Assembly: GCA_003344405.1 (NCBI GenBank) | Contig: NOWV01000158.1 | Span: forward strand, 62,001 to 126,000 | Direction: 5' to 3' | Source of the DNA: Trichoplax sp. H2 | Taxonomy: Eukaryota | DNA length: 64,000 bases | In this document: positions 25,501 to 38,111 of the stretch, piece after piece | Layout: the number at the start of each line of letters is the position of its first letter | How positions within the stretch are numbered: the first letter of the stretch is position 1 | Program-made: the position numbers and the translations under genes | Notes under the pieces: model-generated | Told to the model about the DNA's origin: nothing | The model's database searches: none | What the model saw: only the letters and a program-made list of their open reading frames with translations

Positions 25501-28500
25501 CCTTACTTGAAGCTGAACATGAGAAGGAAGAGATAGTTGCATCATTGATGCATGAGAAAGGCATTATTCAAGAAAAATTGAGTAGTTCAACCAAGTACTT
25601 AACCAATCTATCTGCTGAATTTGAGAAATTAAAGCGAGAATCAGGAATAAAACAAGAAAAAGATAAGGTACATTTACAATTATTTACCTTATGTGAAGTC
25701 CTTATAGGTTACAAGCTAAACTTGCAAGATATTTGTTCTATTTTCTCTACTCTAGTAGCAATCTGTAGCTAGACAATATTTTACTTTCATCAATAGAGTA
25801 TTTTAAAATCAGAAAATGGTATTCTATCTATTTTAAGGCATTCAGATTAGCTATAGTCATTTTTAAGACATTCTGATTAGTGGAAGCTGTTTATATATAA
25901 AAGCAGAGCTCTGTTGTAATATACAGTTAGCTATAAGATAATGATTGCTTATTTCTATGTAGAATTCTATTCAATATCTAATTGATTGCACTACTGAATT
26001 TTATAGAACATCATTCAATCTAAGGAAAATGATATTAAAAACTTAAAATCAAGATTAGAGGAATACCAGTTCGTATACAATTGATTTCTATTAAAGTTGT
26101 TTGATAGTGTTATAAAATTAGATAGACCGCTAATCTTGATTCTGCTGACTTATTTAGGAATCAAAGTTTGAATGAAATTTCCGTCCTCAAGCAGGATTTA
26201 AATGATACACGGAAAGATCGAGAAGGCGGCCACCGTGAAAATAACGAATTGAAATTGCAATTGAAATTAGCTGAAGAAGCTCGCGATGGATTACGACGAG
26301 ATTTAATCGATAGTCAGCGAAGAAGCCGTGAATTAGAAAGTATGCATGAAGTATCACGACAGGAAATATCTGAATTAAAGCGTTCCTGTAAAGATGAACA
26401 ACATGAGAAAGACACAGCCAAGAAAGCAGCGGAGGAATTGCGCCATAAAGTCAAGCAAAGTGAAAATAATCGTGTCGCTTTAAAGCGTGAATTAGATGAA
26501 ACGAAGCAGAAATTAAGCGTTGCAGATGATAGCCGTAGCTCATTGCAGAAAGAAACTGAAGAATTCCGAGCTAATTTGCGTGATGTAGAGAAAGCAAGAA
26601 TGGATGCACGCCGCGAATTACAAGAATTACGCCGACAAGTTAAATTAATGGATGGTGAACGGCAAACTATGATTAAAGATATCCATGATTTGAAGGATAA
26701 ATTAGCTCATGATGATGAAATTCGTGAAGAACAACGACGTGAATTATATCAAACTAAGCAACGTCTAGTTGAATCGGACGCTGGTCGCGATGCTGCACAA
26801 CGCGAAGTAGCTAATTTGCAGCGTAAATTAAGTGAAAATGAAGAAAATTTCAGAGTCAAAGAGCGTGAATTCCAAAATTATGCTGATGATTTACGCCGAG
26901 TTGAGAAACGTACAGTTGATCGAAGTCACGAATTAGAAGCTATTGTCAATTCATTAACTGATGAGCAAGGTAATTTACGTTTGCAATTATCCACTGCTGA
27001 AGGCAAAACATCTGCACTAGAGAATAAATTAGAAAGAACTGAAAATGATAAGCAAGATGTAGAATTCAAGTTGGCTAGTGTTGCTTCCATTTTACGTCGT
27101 ACTATTGGAATTAAGCTATCGAAGACGCTAAGTCCAAGTAAATCTCCATCTCGCCATGTTAGTCCACGAAAAAGACGTGTAGCTTCTCCTGAACGGGATA
27201 CTATGGATAGCAGCAATCGCACTCGATCACCTAGTCCACGCCGAGCAACATCCAAAGCAGCTGAAATGGCAGCTGAAGTCGATATCGAAGCTGTACGAAT
27301 ATCATTAAGAGATATTGTACAAAACTTACGTGATACTCAAAAGGAACGAGATGATGCACAAAATCAAATTACTACCTTAAGGAGGCAATTGAGTGAATTG
27401 GAAGATGATCGTAATAAAGTCGAGCAACGACTTCAAAAAGTGCAGAAAGCACTCACTGCAGCTGATGATGTTAAGCGTAATACTGATGGACGCTTAAATG
27501 ATGCTCAAACAGCTCTGATGTTGCAAGAAGAAACGATTAAGAAAGCAGAACGTGAACGTAAAAGTAAGTTGAAAGTAGATACAAGTAGTGATTGGATAAC
27601 AGTGATGTAGCTTAAGTAGATGTTCTAATTACTTATTGATGCTCTTCACTATTGCAGACCTGATCGAGAAATTGCATAATGTTGAACGCAATTATAACTC
27701 TGCTGAAGCGGAAATTAAAGCATTAGAAGAAAAGAAATCACAATTGCAAAAGAGTGAAGCAAAGAAAGAAGCAGAAAGGAGATCATTAAAGGATAAATTA
27801 GATTCTACTGAAAGTAATCGTGTGAAGCTTGAATTGAAGAAGAAATCTTTAGAAAGTGAATTGCAACGCTTGCAAGTTTCATTATCGGAGAAAGAAGCTG
27901 AAAATCAAATGTTGCAAGATAAATGTGAATCATTAACTAGGACACAGAATGAGCTGGAAAGTAAAGTCCAGAGTTTGCAATTATCTGTCGAGCGGTTATC
28001 GCATGCTCTTGCAAAATCAGAAGAAGAAGAAGGCTCTCTGAAAGAACGTGTACAAGATCTTTCCATGTCGCTCAATGATAGCAATACCAATACTCAAACA
28101 CTTCATGAGCAATTCAATCAATTGCAACGTGCACTAAGTAGTAGTGAAAATGATCGACGAGTTCTTCAAGAAAGGTTGGATAAATTAAAGAGTCAGCATC
28201 AACATGCAAAGAGTCAAATCCAAAGTTTAACGGAGCAAATACAGCAGATGCACTCGGTAAGTGAATCAAATTGAGCTTAATATTGTTCCATTTTAATATG
28301 TATTTATATTGCGGATTAAATTAGCTAGCAATCAATATCTTGTACTATGCATATAATACATTTACATATACATATACATCTATTAAGTCTTTCTGTTCTC
28401 CTTAGGATGAATCCGAATCTCAAACTAAACAGCTAGAATTGGAAAATGATATCCGTGATTTACAAGAAAGATTGCGCCAATTAACAGAAACAGAACAGGA

Positions 28501-29622
28501 ATATAAACAACGCGCTCGTTCATTGCAAGCTGATAATCGCCAATTAAACGATAAGGTTTCCTCCCTTAAGAGAACATTGGAGAATGTTGAAACGGAAAAA
28601 CGTGAAGTAAATCGCAATCAAAATCGATTAGAGAAAGAAAAGAAAGCTCTAAAGCAAACACTCGAGAAAGTCGAGAAAGATCGCTTACGTATACAAGAAT
28701 TATATAAGCGAGCAGATAGTGATCGCGTGCAATTAGATCGTTCCTTGAATCAATCGGATGAAGAAAATGCTAACTTACAGAAGCGAATTAAAGATATTGA
28801 AAGTTTACTAGCGGATAAAGAGAAAGTTCAAGCTCAAAGGTATTGCTATATTTTTAACTATAACTGTCTTAAATGTTGTAAAATCATAAAAGCAATCTAT
28901 GTTAGCAAAGGATGGCTCATAATACAAATGATTCTTATTTTTCTTAGATTGGTTGATGTAACTAAACGCCATCGTCATGAATTGGACTTGGAAGCTGAGC
29001 GTACTCGGGCTAAAGACATGCATACTGATCGAATTAATCGAACCAAGATTAAGGGATTAGAAGATCAGGTAAAATAGAACCAAAGATGATGTTCATTAGT
29101 AATTTAATGTTATCAACGGTCGATTTATTCTCTCAAAAGATTTCATTAAGATTGTAAAAAACCAGTAAGATTGACGATATTCTTCTCCATGGCTAGGTGA
29201 AAATGCTAAAAGGGCAATTAAATAAAGAAATGGAAAATAAGGAATCTTACATCGCTAATTCTACACTCAAGAATGAAGAAACTCGTAACTTGCACAATAT
29301 CTTGGGATCATCATTGCATAAATTAGGCAGCGATAGTGCTGCTGATACCTCACTGCTTTTACAGCAAGAATCAAAACGTCTTGATGATACTATCGATAAT
29401 TATCGAGCTAATACTACTAGTGTTAGCTTTGCTAAAGTTTCTCCTTCCAGTACACCTTATAATACTGGCAAGTTAGCAAGTATGAAATCACCTACAGCGG
29501 CACGCCGAACTCTTTCACCTACATCTCCACGAAAAACTCCAACATCGATTTTACGCTCTTCACCGAACCGTAGTACTAATTACTCCTCGCCACTTAAATC
29601 CAAGTATGGCGGCCGAACTTAA
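16503..29622 (+). CDS. CROCC: Rootletin (ciliary rootlet coiled-coil protein), complete, 20 coding exons, ~2063 aa
   Basis: Phase-compatible GT-AG exons: 16503-16643, 20695-20889, 21150-21233, 21580-21704, 21784-21937, 22074-22180, 22267-22408, 22563-22648, 22793-22847, 22980-23321, 23429-23559, 23634-23702, 23983-24556, 24729-25667, 26007-26068, 26158-27563, 27658-28256, 28406-28839, 28948-29068, 29197-29622 (sum 6192 nt). Diagnostic rootletin motifs: ENRLLQNELNRVEDMLAVSRAERDE..KYSAVSERLEQ, YKRKIQAYQDGQQRQALLIQKLQSKVLQYKRKCSELE, RLMSLWRTVIAFRR, AESTINAVEAALDKRQQQIQ, VEKARMDARRELQELRRQVKLMDGE, AQTALMLQEETI. The rest is extended coiled coil. Confidence 0.93.
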
Positions 29623-30558
29623 TGAAGAATACAAAAAAAGTGCACGGTTGGAAATAAGAAGAATAGTAGGAGAAAAAGGATACAAATTTAGGCAAAAAAG
29701 GAATTGACTGATTATCTTTATTTGGATGTAGACTCCTGTCCATTGGATGGTAGAGATTTGCTTGCTTTAGATGAACTTGTGCTGCAAGTTTTATCGATTG
29801 AATAGAATTACCCATATTTTAGACAGTAATAGCAGTTCATGATGATCATTAAGCAAGAATTAGATATTTTAATATCCTATCGATTTTGTTCATCAAGACA
29901 CCTGTAGTATGATTTACTGACTATTGATGTCGAAGTTAATATTCAAAAAGGATAGATACAAAGGTATCATTCTTGTAACACAACACCAACATTTACCTTA
30001 GATTTAGCTCGATGGCAATTATTTTATGCATAGTATATCGTAATCATTTTGATGGTAGTTGTTGTTGTTGTGGTTATGTTTATGCTTAACATGATGATTG
30101 TAATGATTCATACCTCTACTCTTAGCCTTCCTATGATCTTCCACTTTGATCCATATTTTAACGTGTCTACCTTTGTGAGTTGTAATTTATTTGCCTATCG
30201 TTCTATTATTTTCTACCTAGCTTTTAGAATAACAGTCGTTTCATCTTACTATTAGTACGTACTAATCAAATATTATACATCAGAAATATTTCAGTTGGAT
30301 CCTATTTGGCAATACTATGTCATCACCTATGCTGTTATGGATGGGAGGCAATCTTAACCTTGACTATTGTCATTATGATTTTAAAAAGTTTAGATTATCA
30401 ACAATTTATGCTTCTAAAATGCAGTAAAAAAGTTAAAATTGAACATGGTAAATAAGCTATTAATTTTACTTAACATTTTAAAAATTTATAAGATGTTGTT
30501 CGAGGGTGATTTTATAAGCCCTTGCTTTATTGCACTATGAGCAAATGACTTAAAACCA

Positions 30559-30583
30559 AATAAAGTAACCCATTTTGAATAAA
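30559..30583 (+). terminator. Putative polyadenylation signals of rootletin
   Basis: Two AATAAA about 950 nt downstream of the stop codon, just before the transposon-rich region begins. Confidence 0.3.
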
Positions 30584-30774
30584 CATGCAGTTTTAGATAG
30601 CTTATTTGGCATGATTTTGGTTAGCCTTGACGGTATTACTTTATATCACACCTTCTGAGCTTGACTCCTTTATAGTCAAATATAGATATCCTATTTTTTC
30701 TTTCCCCAATTTACCCCCAAAAAGTATTATTAAATATAAGAAATTTATTTCAGTTCTATTTGATTTTAAGACCT

Positions 30775-31260
30775 TGTGGTGCAGTCGCTAATATAGCTAA
30801 GATTAAGATTGCATGATCGTACAAGAATAGTTGGTCTTGTATGTTGGATTACAAGATTGTGTAAGTGTCCATTTGTAGAAGATATATTACAGAATGTACC
30901 CGTATTAGAGCAATTTTATCGATATAATCCAGATTCCAATACATAAAATAGATTGCACTTGAGTATGTGAATACTGTGAGATTTGTATTGAGACGATTTA
31001 ATTACAAATAGATAGCCATAACAAATTTAGATCTGATCTTGCGGCTGCACTGGCAATATGTGATTGCGTTGCTAAGAAAATCATTTTGTAACTGATTGCA
31101 GCATATATAACGATAGATTTGATTGTAATAAGTTAGATATTCTGATTGTATCTAGATATTACTTGATAGTTGTAAAACGAAGTTAATTAGTAGAGACATC
31201 TTGTTTATCTTGATAGTTATATTTATAGATTAAAACTATATGGATAATAATGTAATTACA
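30775..31260 (+). mobile_element. Solo LTR-like element (diverged relative of 34909-35395)
   Basis: Starts TGTGGTGCAG and is collinear with the 34909 element through shared blocks aatatagct.agatta, aagattgtgtaag.gtc.atttgtagaagat, aaatagatt, aaatttagatctgatcttgcg, tgtaact.at and tgtaataagt. The right boundary is approximate and no TSD is recognisable. Confidence 0.6.
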
Positions 31261-31346
31261 ACAGTAGTGGCTATCTATGTCTCATATAGAAAGATAGATG
31301 GTAATATATATTATATTGCATTAGCGTTAGTATTAGCCACTACTGT
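31261..31346. mobile_element. Tiny TIR element / MITE remnant
   Basis: Perfect 13-bp inverted repeat ACAGTAGTGGCTA ... TAGCCACTACTGT. The CAGTAG terminus with TA on one side resembles Tc1/mariner/pogo ends. Confidence 0.45.
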
Positions 31347-33260
31347 ACTAATTAGGAAATTATAATTTATTAGTAGATAGTTGCAGATGTTTTATTAGTT
31401 AGTACTGGGCTTGTATTAAATTGTAATAAAAAGCTAATACTATCCAGCAGGGTTTATTAGAGTCGAATACGATTGCAAAGCGTCCTATTGAATTACTCGA
31501 ATACTAATAGGCATTAAATCTACATTCAAGCTAAGGATACGCATAGCATAGATACAGTTCGAATTATGGTTATAATTTTTGCACAATGATAAAAGTAATA
31601 ATTAACGATTTAACAGATAGACGATCTTTATGTTATTAAATAATCTAACTGATAATGGACGACTTACTATCACGATTAGCTTATTACAAAGTAGATCTCA
31701 ATGGTTATTGGTGAATATGTGCTGATATTAGGTGTTGTAGCTCTGAGCAAGCAATATAAGCAGCAGCAAACCAGCGGAGATGTAAGATAATATTATTTAG
31801 CAATAATTGCACTAATATGTAATAATCATCCTATAAGTAATATGCCAGTATAGAAACAACTATTAAATAGCAAACTTGCAAGAATTTGCTGCGGGCAAGA
31901 TACTACGGCACCGACAATAGAAAGTCTATGGTTATTATCGTTGAAATGGCCGTAGAGCTTTCAACCTTAACTCGATTTGATCTCAAATTTATACGTGCAC
32001 GTTGTAATAGCCTGACTGCTACTATATTAGGTTGCTAACATATTTGGACACAGCCTACTGCATAATATAAGCTGTCAGTCCCGGTTCTAGTACTTAGTAT
32101 AAGCTCCTTCCTTCCTTCACCACTTCATCATCGGCAGCGACCCACTAACAAACATAATCAATCGCTAAAGTAGTACTGGTTGCGGAACCTAATCTACACT
32201 ACCTTCAAGTAGCATAATCGAAATATAAATCTCTACGTAGAGGGTTTAAAGATTCGATATTAAATCTAAATACAGACAATAAAATGATTTTTGAGGACTA
32301 TTTTTTTCTGACTAGGTTACGACCCAAAAAGTAATGATTCTATGCTACTTATGTATGCTTGGAGGCTGTCACATTAGAAACAACTCTTTACACCTTCATC
32401 AATTTTTTTGGTCGCATTTACTTCAGATGCAACTACAACCATATACCCAAAGTTTATGCACTTCATGGCATCAATATTACTGTAGCTGTAATTCGTCTTA
32501 TCATAACTAAGTATTATGGTAGCTTTTGCGGCATGCTCCAAATTTCAATATGGCATCTGGCATTCAGACAATTTACTAATCTGGCAAGTTCGGTAATGCG
32601 AATATCTATTTGAACAATCTAAGTTATTGAAATAGTCTATAGGCTACGGTGATTATTCTAATTTCACTTTTGAACATATTTCATTTTCAGCCACCAACAT
32701 TATATCTAAAACAATTTTAAAGTAGCAATTTCACAATCTGCCAATATTTTTTATTCATTTGAATAATTTTGGTGCTATGTTGACCTTTTGCCTATCATTC
32801 GTGAATAACTGTGCATAAAATATCAGAATGTGTTCAAGAATGAAATAAAATATTTAAGTTGAAGACAATTGGAATAACCAAGATGTCAGAATGACAGTAA
32901 ACGTAAGGATCATTTCAGTTTATTACCAATACAATTTATAGCCTAATACAGTGCATTAAAATATACTATACTTTAATGTAATAAAAGACTAAAAGCAGAG
33001 TCCTTTATAGCTTTTAGTATGTAACTATTCTAATTTTCTATATAGAAAATACCTAGAAAGTGATAGTATCTTTTAGTTTTAACCTGGCAAATCTTTATGT
33101 CGCCATGTTTTCTTCTTCATTAATTTACAAAGTATTATATAGATTACTATAGGAATAACCTAAGAGTAATCGCCTAATCTAAAGAAAGGGCGTTTGATAG
33201 CATACGAGATTATTGATGAATTTGACTTAGTAACAAAACCGCTATCCATAGAGAAAGGGG

Positions 33261-33420
33261 ATTTATAACATGACAGTAAAGTACGGTAATGCTGCCTATA
33301 ATCGTACAGTTACCGTACAACTTCACGCTAAAACATCAACTGTCAACACTAATATTAAGAAGTAGTCATAGTAGTCATATAAAATTTTATGATAAGCGAT
33401 TACTGTCATCTTTATAAAAT
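33261..33420. mobile_element. Short inverted-repeat element (MITE-like)
   Basis: atttataacatgacagtaa (33261-33279) pairs with ttactgtcatctttataaaat (33400-33420). A nested IR gtacggtaa/ttaccgtac lies inside. Confidence 0.4.
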
Positions 33421-34908
33421 TCGAATTTTTCAGATTCAGATTCCGGATCCGGTCGGATTTATGTCCGATATAAATTTAATTTTTGGATTTTAATTTTTAG
33501 AAAATGTTATAAGAGTTGACTTTTAAAATTTGAACTTTCTGTTGTGAATTTGAAACTTCGGAATTGTATGAAGTGACATGAAAGCTACATTAGAAAGTTT
33601 AGTTGAGAAAATAGAAAATAAGATGGCAAATAGTAGAGGTTATGTTGATTGTTAAGTAGTTGAAGTGTTATTTTTATGACTAAATCTTGATGTTTAAAGG
33701 TTAATTTTTAGATTTTTGTAATATATGATGATTGGAAATTAAGTTAAAAGTGAAGCTTGAGGTATTTTATACTTAGTTTGATGGTTTCATAGTGTTTTGT
33801 AAGGGAATTATAAGGTAATTTGTGTCTGAACTTTGAATGATTCTTGTTTTCTTAAGTGGTGCAAAGCAGTTTTCTAAAATGGGTCTTAAGAGTGATTGGT
33901 TAATAAATATTTAATTTTAAGTTCCACTGAGGGCTCTGCAAAGCCTATAAATGATACTACAATCAGAAAATTTAGAGCAGAGAGCAAAAGAAGATTCTTT
34001 TGAAGAACTTGTTGAATTTTAAAGGCCTTCGGGGTCGAACTGTTGTAAGTTAAAGCGTTCTTTTTGTTGGTTGTTTGGTTATTAACAGTTTCAGTTCTGT
34101 CGTTTTTTTCATTTCTTTACTTATAATACTTAGAATTAAGTATTTGGAAGGTTATCGGATCAGACTCTCACATTTTCTTAATAAATTGTTGATCGGTTGT
34201 TTCCCCAATTTTATTTGGTGTCAAAGTTTTGTCAAGTCGACCAGAGTACAAAGAAAGTAGAATCAAAGTTCGTTAGAACTTTGGTTCCTTGGTTTCTACA
34301 CATTTCATTCCATTACACTAATATCATAGTGGTTAGAAGTGTGAATAATGTCTTAACAAATTAAAATTTATTCATAGTTATTTTATTAACTAAAAGCTTA
34401 TTGTATATTGAAGATGCAGCTTATTTTCCATCAGTAGCAAAACAGAATTTGTTGAGAGTTAAAAAGAGCAGTATTGTATTCACATTTTCAAATAATACTG
34501 GTAATAATTAGTATAATTTGGCACAGCAATATCGAATCTAACCTTGAGCTGGACTTAGATTCTGCCTACCACAAAGAGATAAACTATTACTATTCACACC
34601 TTAACAAATCTCCAACTGATCAACATCGATTACAAAATATTCAGCTACGTTATATTTCCAGTTGTGCATAATAAACAAATCTTAATTTTGTTGTAATAAT
34701 CTTAATAAAAGTATCCAACTACGTAATCGAGTCTTAAAGTGATCATATTCTCACAAAATAAGGGCAAAAAGGTAGTTGGCATTTAATAAAAGGCTAGATT
34801 TGGATGCTTTACAATGTTGAAATTATAGAGGACATTTAATAAGAATTGAATAAAGACGTATCCTGAGTCCTATTGATCATAGGCTCCTGTTTGTAACTTC
34901 TAACACAT

Positions 34909-35395
34909 TGTAGTGTAGCCCCAAATATAGCTTAGATTACTATTATAAGACTGTACGAGAATAACTTAACTTGTACAGTAAGCTAGAGTGTAAGATTGTG
35001 TAAGAGTCTATTTGTAGAAGATGTTTACAATACGTATTGTAGCGAATCTATTAAGATGTTTATATAAAGATCTGAGATATAAATAGATTTGCTCTAAGTA
35101 TGTTAGTACTGTAAGTATTGTATTGTAATGCTTTAAATAGACGCGCGAATTATGAATAGATTGCGCGATGGTAAATTTAGATCTGATCTTGCGACTTAAT
35201 GGGCAAGATAAGATTTGTTACAGTAAAAGCATTCTGTAACTAATCGTATATAAATCGTGAATTTTGCTGTAATAAGTAGATTGTCAGATAGTCAGATAGT
35301 CCTTGGTAGTTAGCCGAACCTAACTTCTGTAATAAAGTGAAATTTGCAAGAAACTGTAGTTCTTGATTTATTGTTTTGAAGATCACTTTATCACA
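34909..35395 (+). mobile_element. Solo LTR of an LTR retrotransposon with 5-bp target-site duplication
   Basis: CACAT|TGTAGTGTAG ... CTTTATCACA|CACAT: TGT...ACA termini with perfect TSD CACAT (34904-34908 and 35396-35400), internal TATATAAA (~35247) and AATAAA (35331). A related copy is at 30775. Confidence 0.75.
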
Positions 35396-37946
35396 CACAT
35401 TTAGCACAATCACAATTGAATCATCAGTAAAGTAATTTTCTCAGATAGATGATAGTTATCAATATCCTGCATTTTAGTATTTTTACAACTACAGTACAGT
35501 TGTTCACAGAAGATCATATACCATTCTTGAATAATTATAATTGATTGTTGGGAGCGATTACATGCTTATTATTCGCAAATAACATGTCTAACGATGTCAA
35601 CGCAATATCTAATATTGTACTATATTAAGGTTATCTATATATGTATTCTCATGTTGCCATACTTGGCATGATAGTCTATTTGTAATGTCTAAACTAGAGA
35701 AACCTTTCTGTTAGTGATGATCTTGTGATCTACGTCAGTAGATCAAAGGTCACAATAAAGAAAGTATATAAACTCTTCATTTTAATAATAAAGTTAGTTC
35801 TTCAAATTAATTACTGGGTCTCCTTGCTGAGTGCAGATCTAGTACTTGTTACAAAATTTGGAAGTTGTAACAAGGACATTTGGAGCCACCGCTTATGGCT
35901 AATAAACTTCGACTATATAAATTATTTACTATTATTATATTTACTGCTCAGCCCATTTTGAAGTGTACAGTTATTCGATTTTTCGTATTTCGAACTGATA
36001 TTTAGGGTTGGTGATAGATTTTGGATTCATTGTATGAATAATTTCCGCCTCCTTTTAGTGTATAAATTAAACAAAAAATGGAAATACACTCTCATAAGTA
36101 AATATTATCCAACAATATTCTTACTCAAGAAATTCAAGTACTGTAATTGACCTGTCATAAATTCGTAATGTTATTAAACAAATTACTGTATTCGAAAGAA
36201 TTAGAAAATGATCATTATTAGCTGATCCAACAATAAAAAAATAAGATGAATTATATATTATTGTTACAGCCCAGTAACTTCTATACTGCAGAGTTGACTA
36301 TTGTATCTTAAGATCCGTTAAATTAAAAATCGTTTATATCATCACGCGTCAAATAATTATCGTCTAATGGTTTAAAGATCCCTAATATGATTCAATAGCA
36401 TCGCTGAACTAGGTAGGTTTCATTAATATTAAATAGAAACTGAAATATTCATAAGTTATTGAAGAATCGAGATCGGCTTACGTTTACTAATTTTATGCCT
36501 TAATAAATATTTAGATTAGATTCTTGAACGGGGGAGTAGAAGTTAAAATGCTTTTCGAAAAATTGTACAAAGTTTCGTAAGAAGGAGGTTGGTAGCCACA
36601 GTATTAAAAACGACAGTGTTTATTGATCATTTTAGACTGTATGTTTCATCTTGAATTTATCGTTTAATGAAAATTCTATCATATGACTTCAATATTATTT
36701 CTGTTTTATAGCTAATTAATAGTCATGGCTACCAATACACTGTCTAGATAAATTTCATGATTGCCTAGTTCATATTCTATGTTAATCAGTTACATAATTC
36801 ACTTTTTATTGCTTGAACTTTTGGGGGAAAAGTTATTGATTTGGCTTCGTCATTTTGTAATCCAGTTTATGTATTTGACATATCTAAATTAAGATTATAA
36901 CTGTGCAATTAATCCAGATCACTGAAATATTTCCTGCCACTTTACGCCTGAAATTTGAGAAAAATTTCCCTTTAATTACTTGATATAAATTGAATCTGGT
37001 TGGTTCCAATTTAGTAAGTCACTTAATCTAGACATGACAAAAATGAAAACTAGCTTTATCTTGGATATAATATTTATTCATATCCTATCCTTGAACTGGG
37101 CATTATTTAAATTTCTATCGCAACATTTTCTGATATGAAAGGAGAAGTACTGTAGATTAATTACCGTAGTTTACAAGTAGATTTTATGATGCCGTGTTCT
37201 AATGATTTCCAAATTGGATTTATCAGATTGTCGCTCTTTACAGAGTTAGCTTGCGGTATAAATTAAAGGCAAGAAGCACCTCGGCACTAGACAGTTAACT
37301 AACTTATAAATTGTGGACTAAATTGGGTTACCTCTTTAGACTATTGTCGCTCTTTTCGTAATCGGTATATAGTTGAGATAATCTCTTTAACGGTAGTTAG
37401 ATTAAACTTTTACAAGTGTAATTAATTATCTATTTAATTATCTATTCATAAGGCAGATAATACAGTTATAACATAGATTAGATTATTAGATCGTAGCTTA
37501 TTTATGGAATTAGACCTTCACCATCGTATAAATTAAGATCACATTATGAAATGTGCCAATTTTATTTGATCCCTTTCGTACCCGAAATATAAATTCCACT
37601 GTAAGCTGATTATCCAAATTTGAACTATTAAATGATATGGTAGCATAATCTCTCTCCATTTGTAAACATGCGATAAATTAATTAGCTTTCAAGATTAATT
37701 ATAAGAGGTAATATGAAATTCCATATCGTTCGTAGAGAAATTACAGATATCTGAAATAATGTTTTCTGCAGCAGTTAAGTTAAACTATGTAATGGTGTAT
37801 TCGTTACGTAACTTGAATTGCGAGATGACATCCTTGTAAGTAATTTAGTATAGTCTCTATTGATACATATTTCAGAAGAAATAGTCTTTTAACAGCAAAT
37901 GAATTATTTACACATGCAATTTATCATAAAGTAACCTAATCGAAAC

Positions 37947-38000
37947 ATGAAATATTAATGAGGATTGACTACAACATTTTATGAAATATTAATGAGGATT
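37947..38000. repeat. 20-bp direct repeat upstream of the first MS4A-like gene
   Basis: atgaaatattaatgaggatt occurs at 37947 and 37981. Confidence 0.8.
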
Positions 38001-38111
38001 TTAATTCTTACTAGGATTATATTAGCTCCTTGAATTCTATATTGTCATTGAAGATATCATATCAGCTACAGTTTATCATCACAAAGTGGGCAAAACTTAT
38101 TGAATTTCATC

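Noticed and set aside
24222..29815. Minus-strand ORFs over rootletin (24222, 26926, 27905, 28420, 28808, 29594)
   Set aside because: Antisense shadows of coiled-coil coding exons; no independent gene signals.
30049..30255. Hydrophobic ORF MMVVVVVVVMF...
   Set aside because: Produced by a (GTT)n microsatellite in the presumed rootletin 3' UTR.
30775..35395. Full-length LTR retrotransposon bounded by the two direct repeats
   Set aside because: The second repeat has its own TSD, there is no PBS or PPT, and no gag/pol is recognisable between them.
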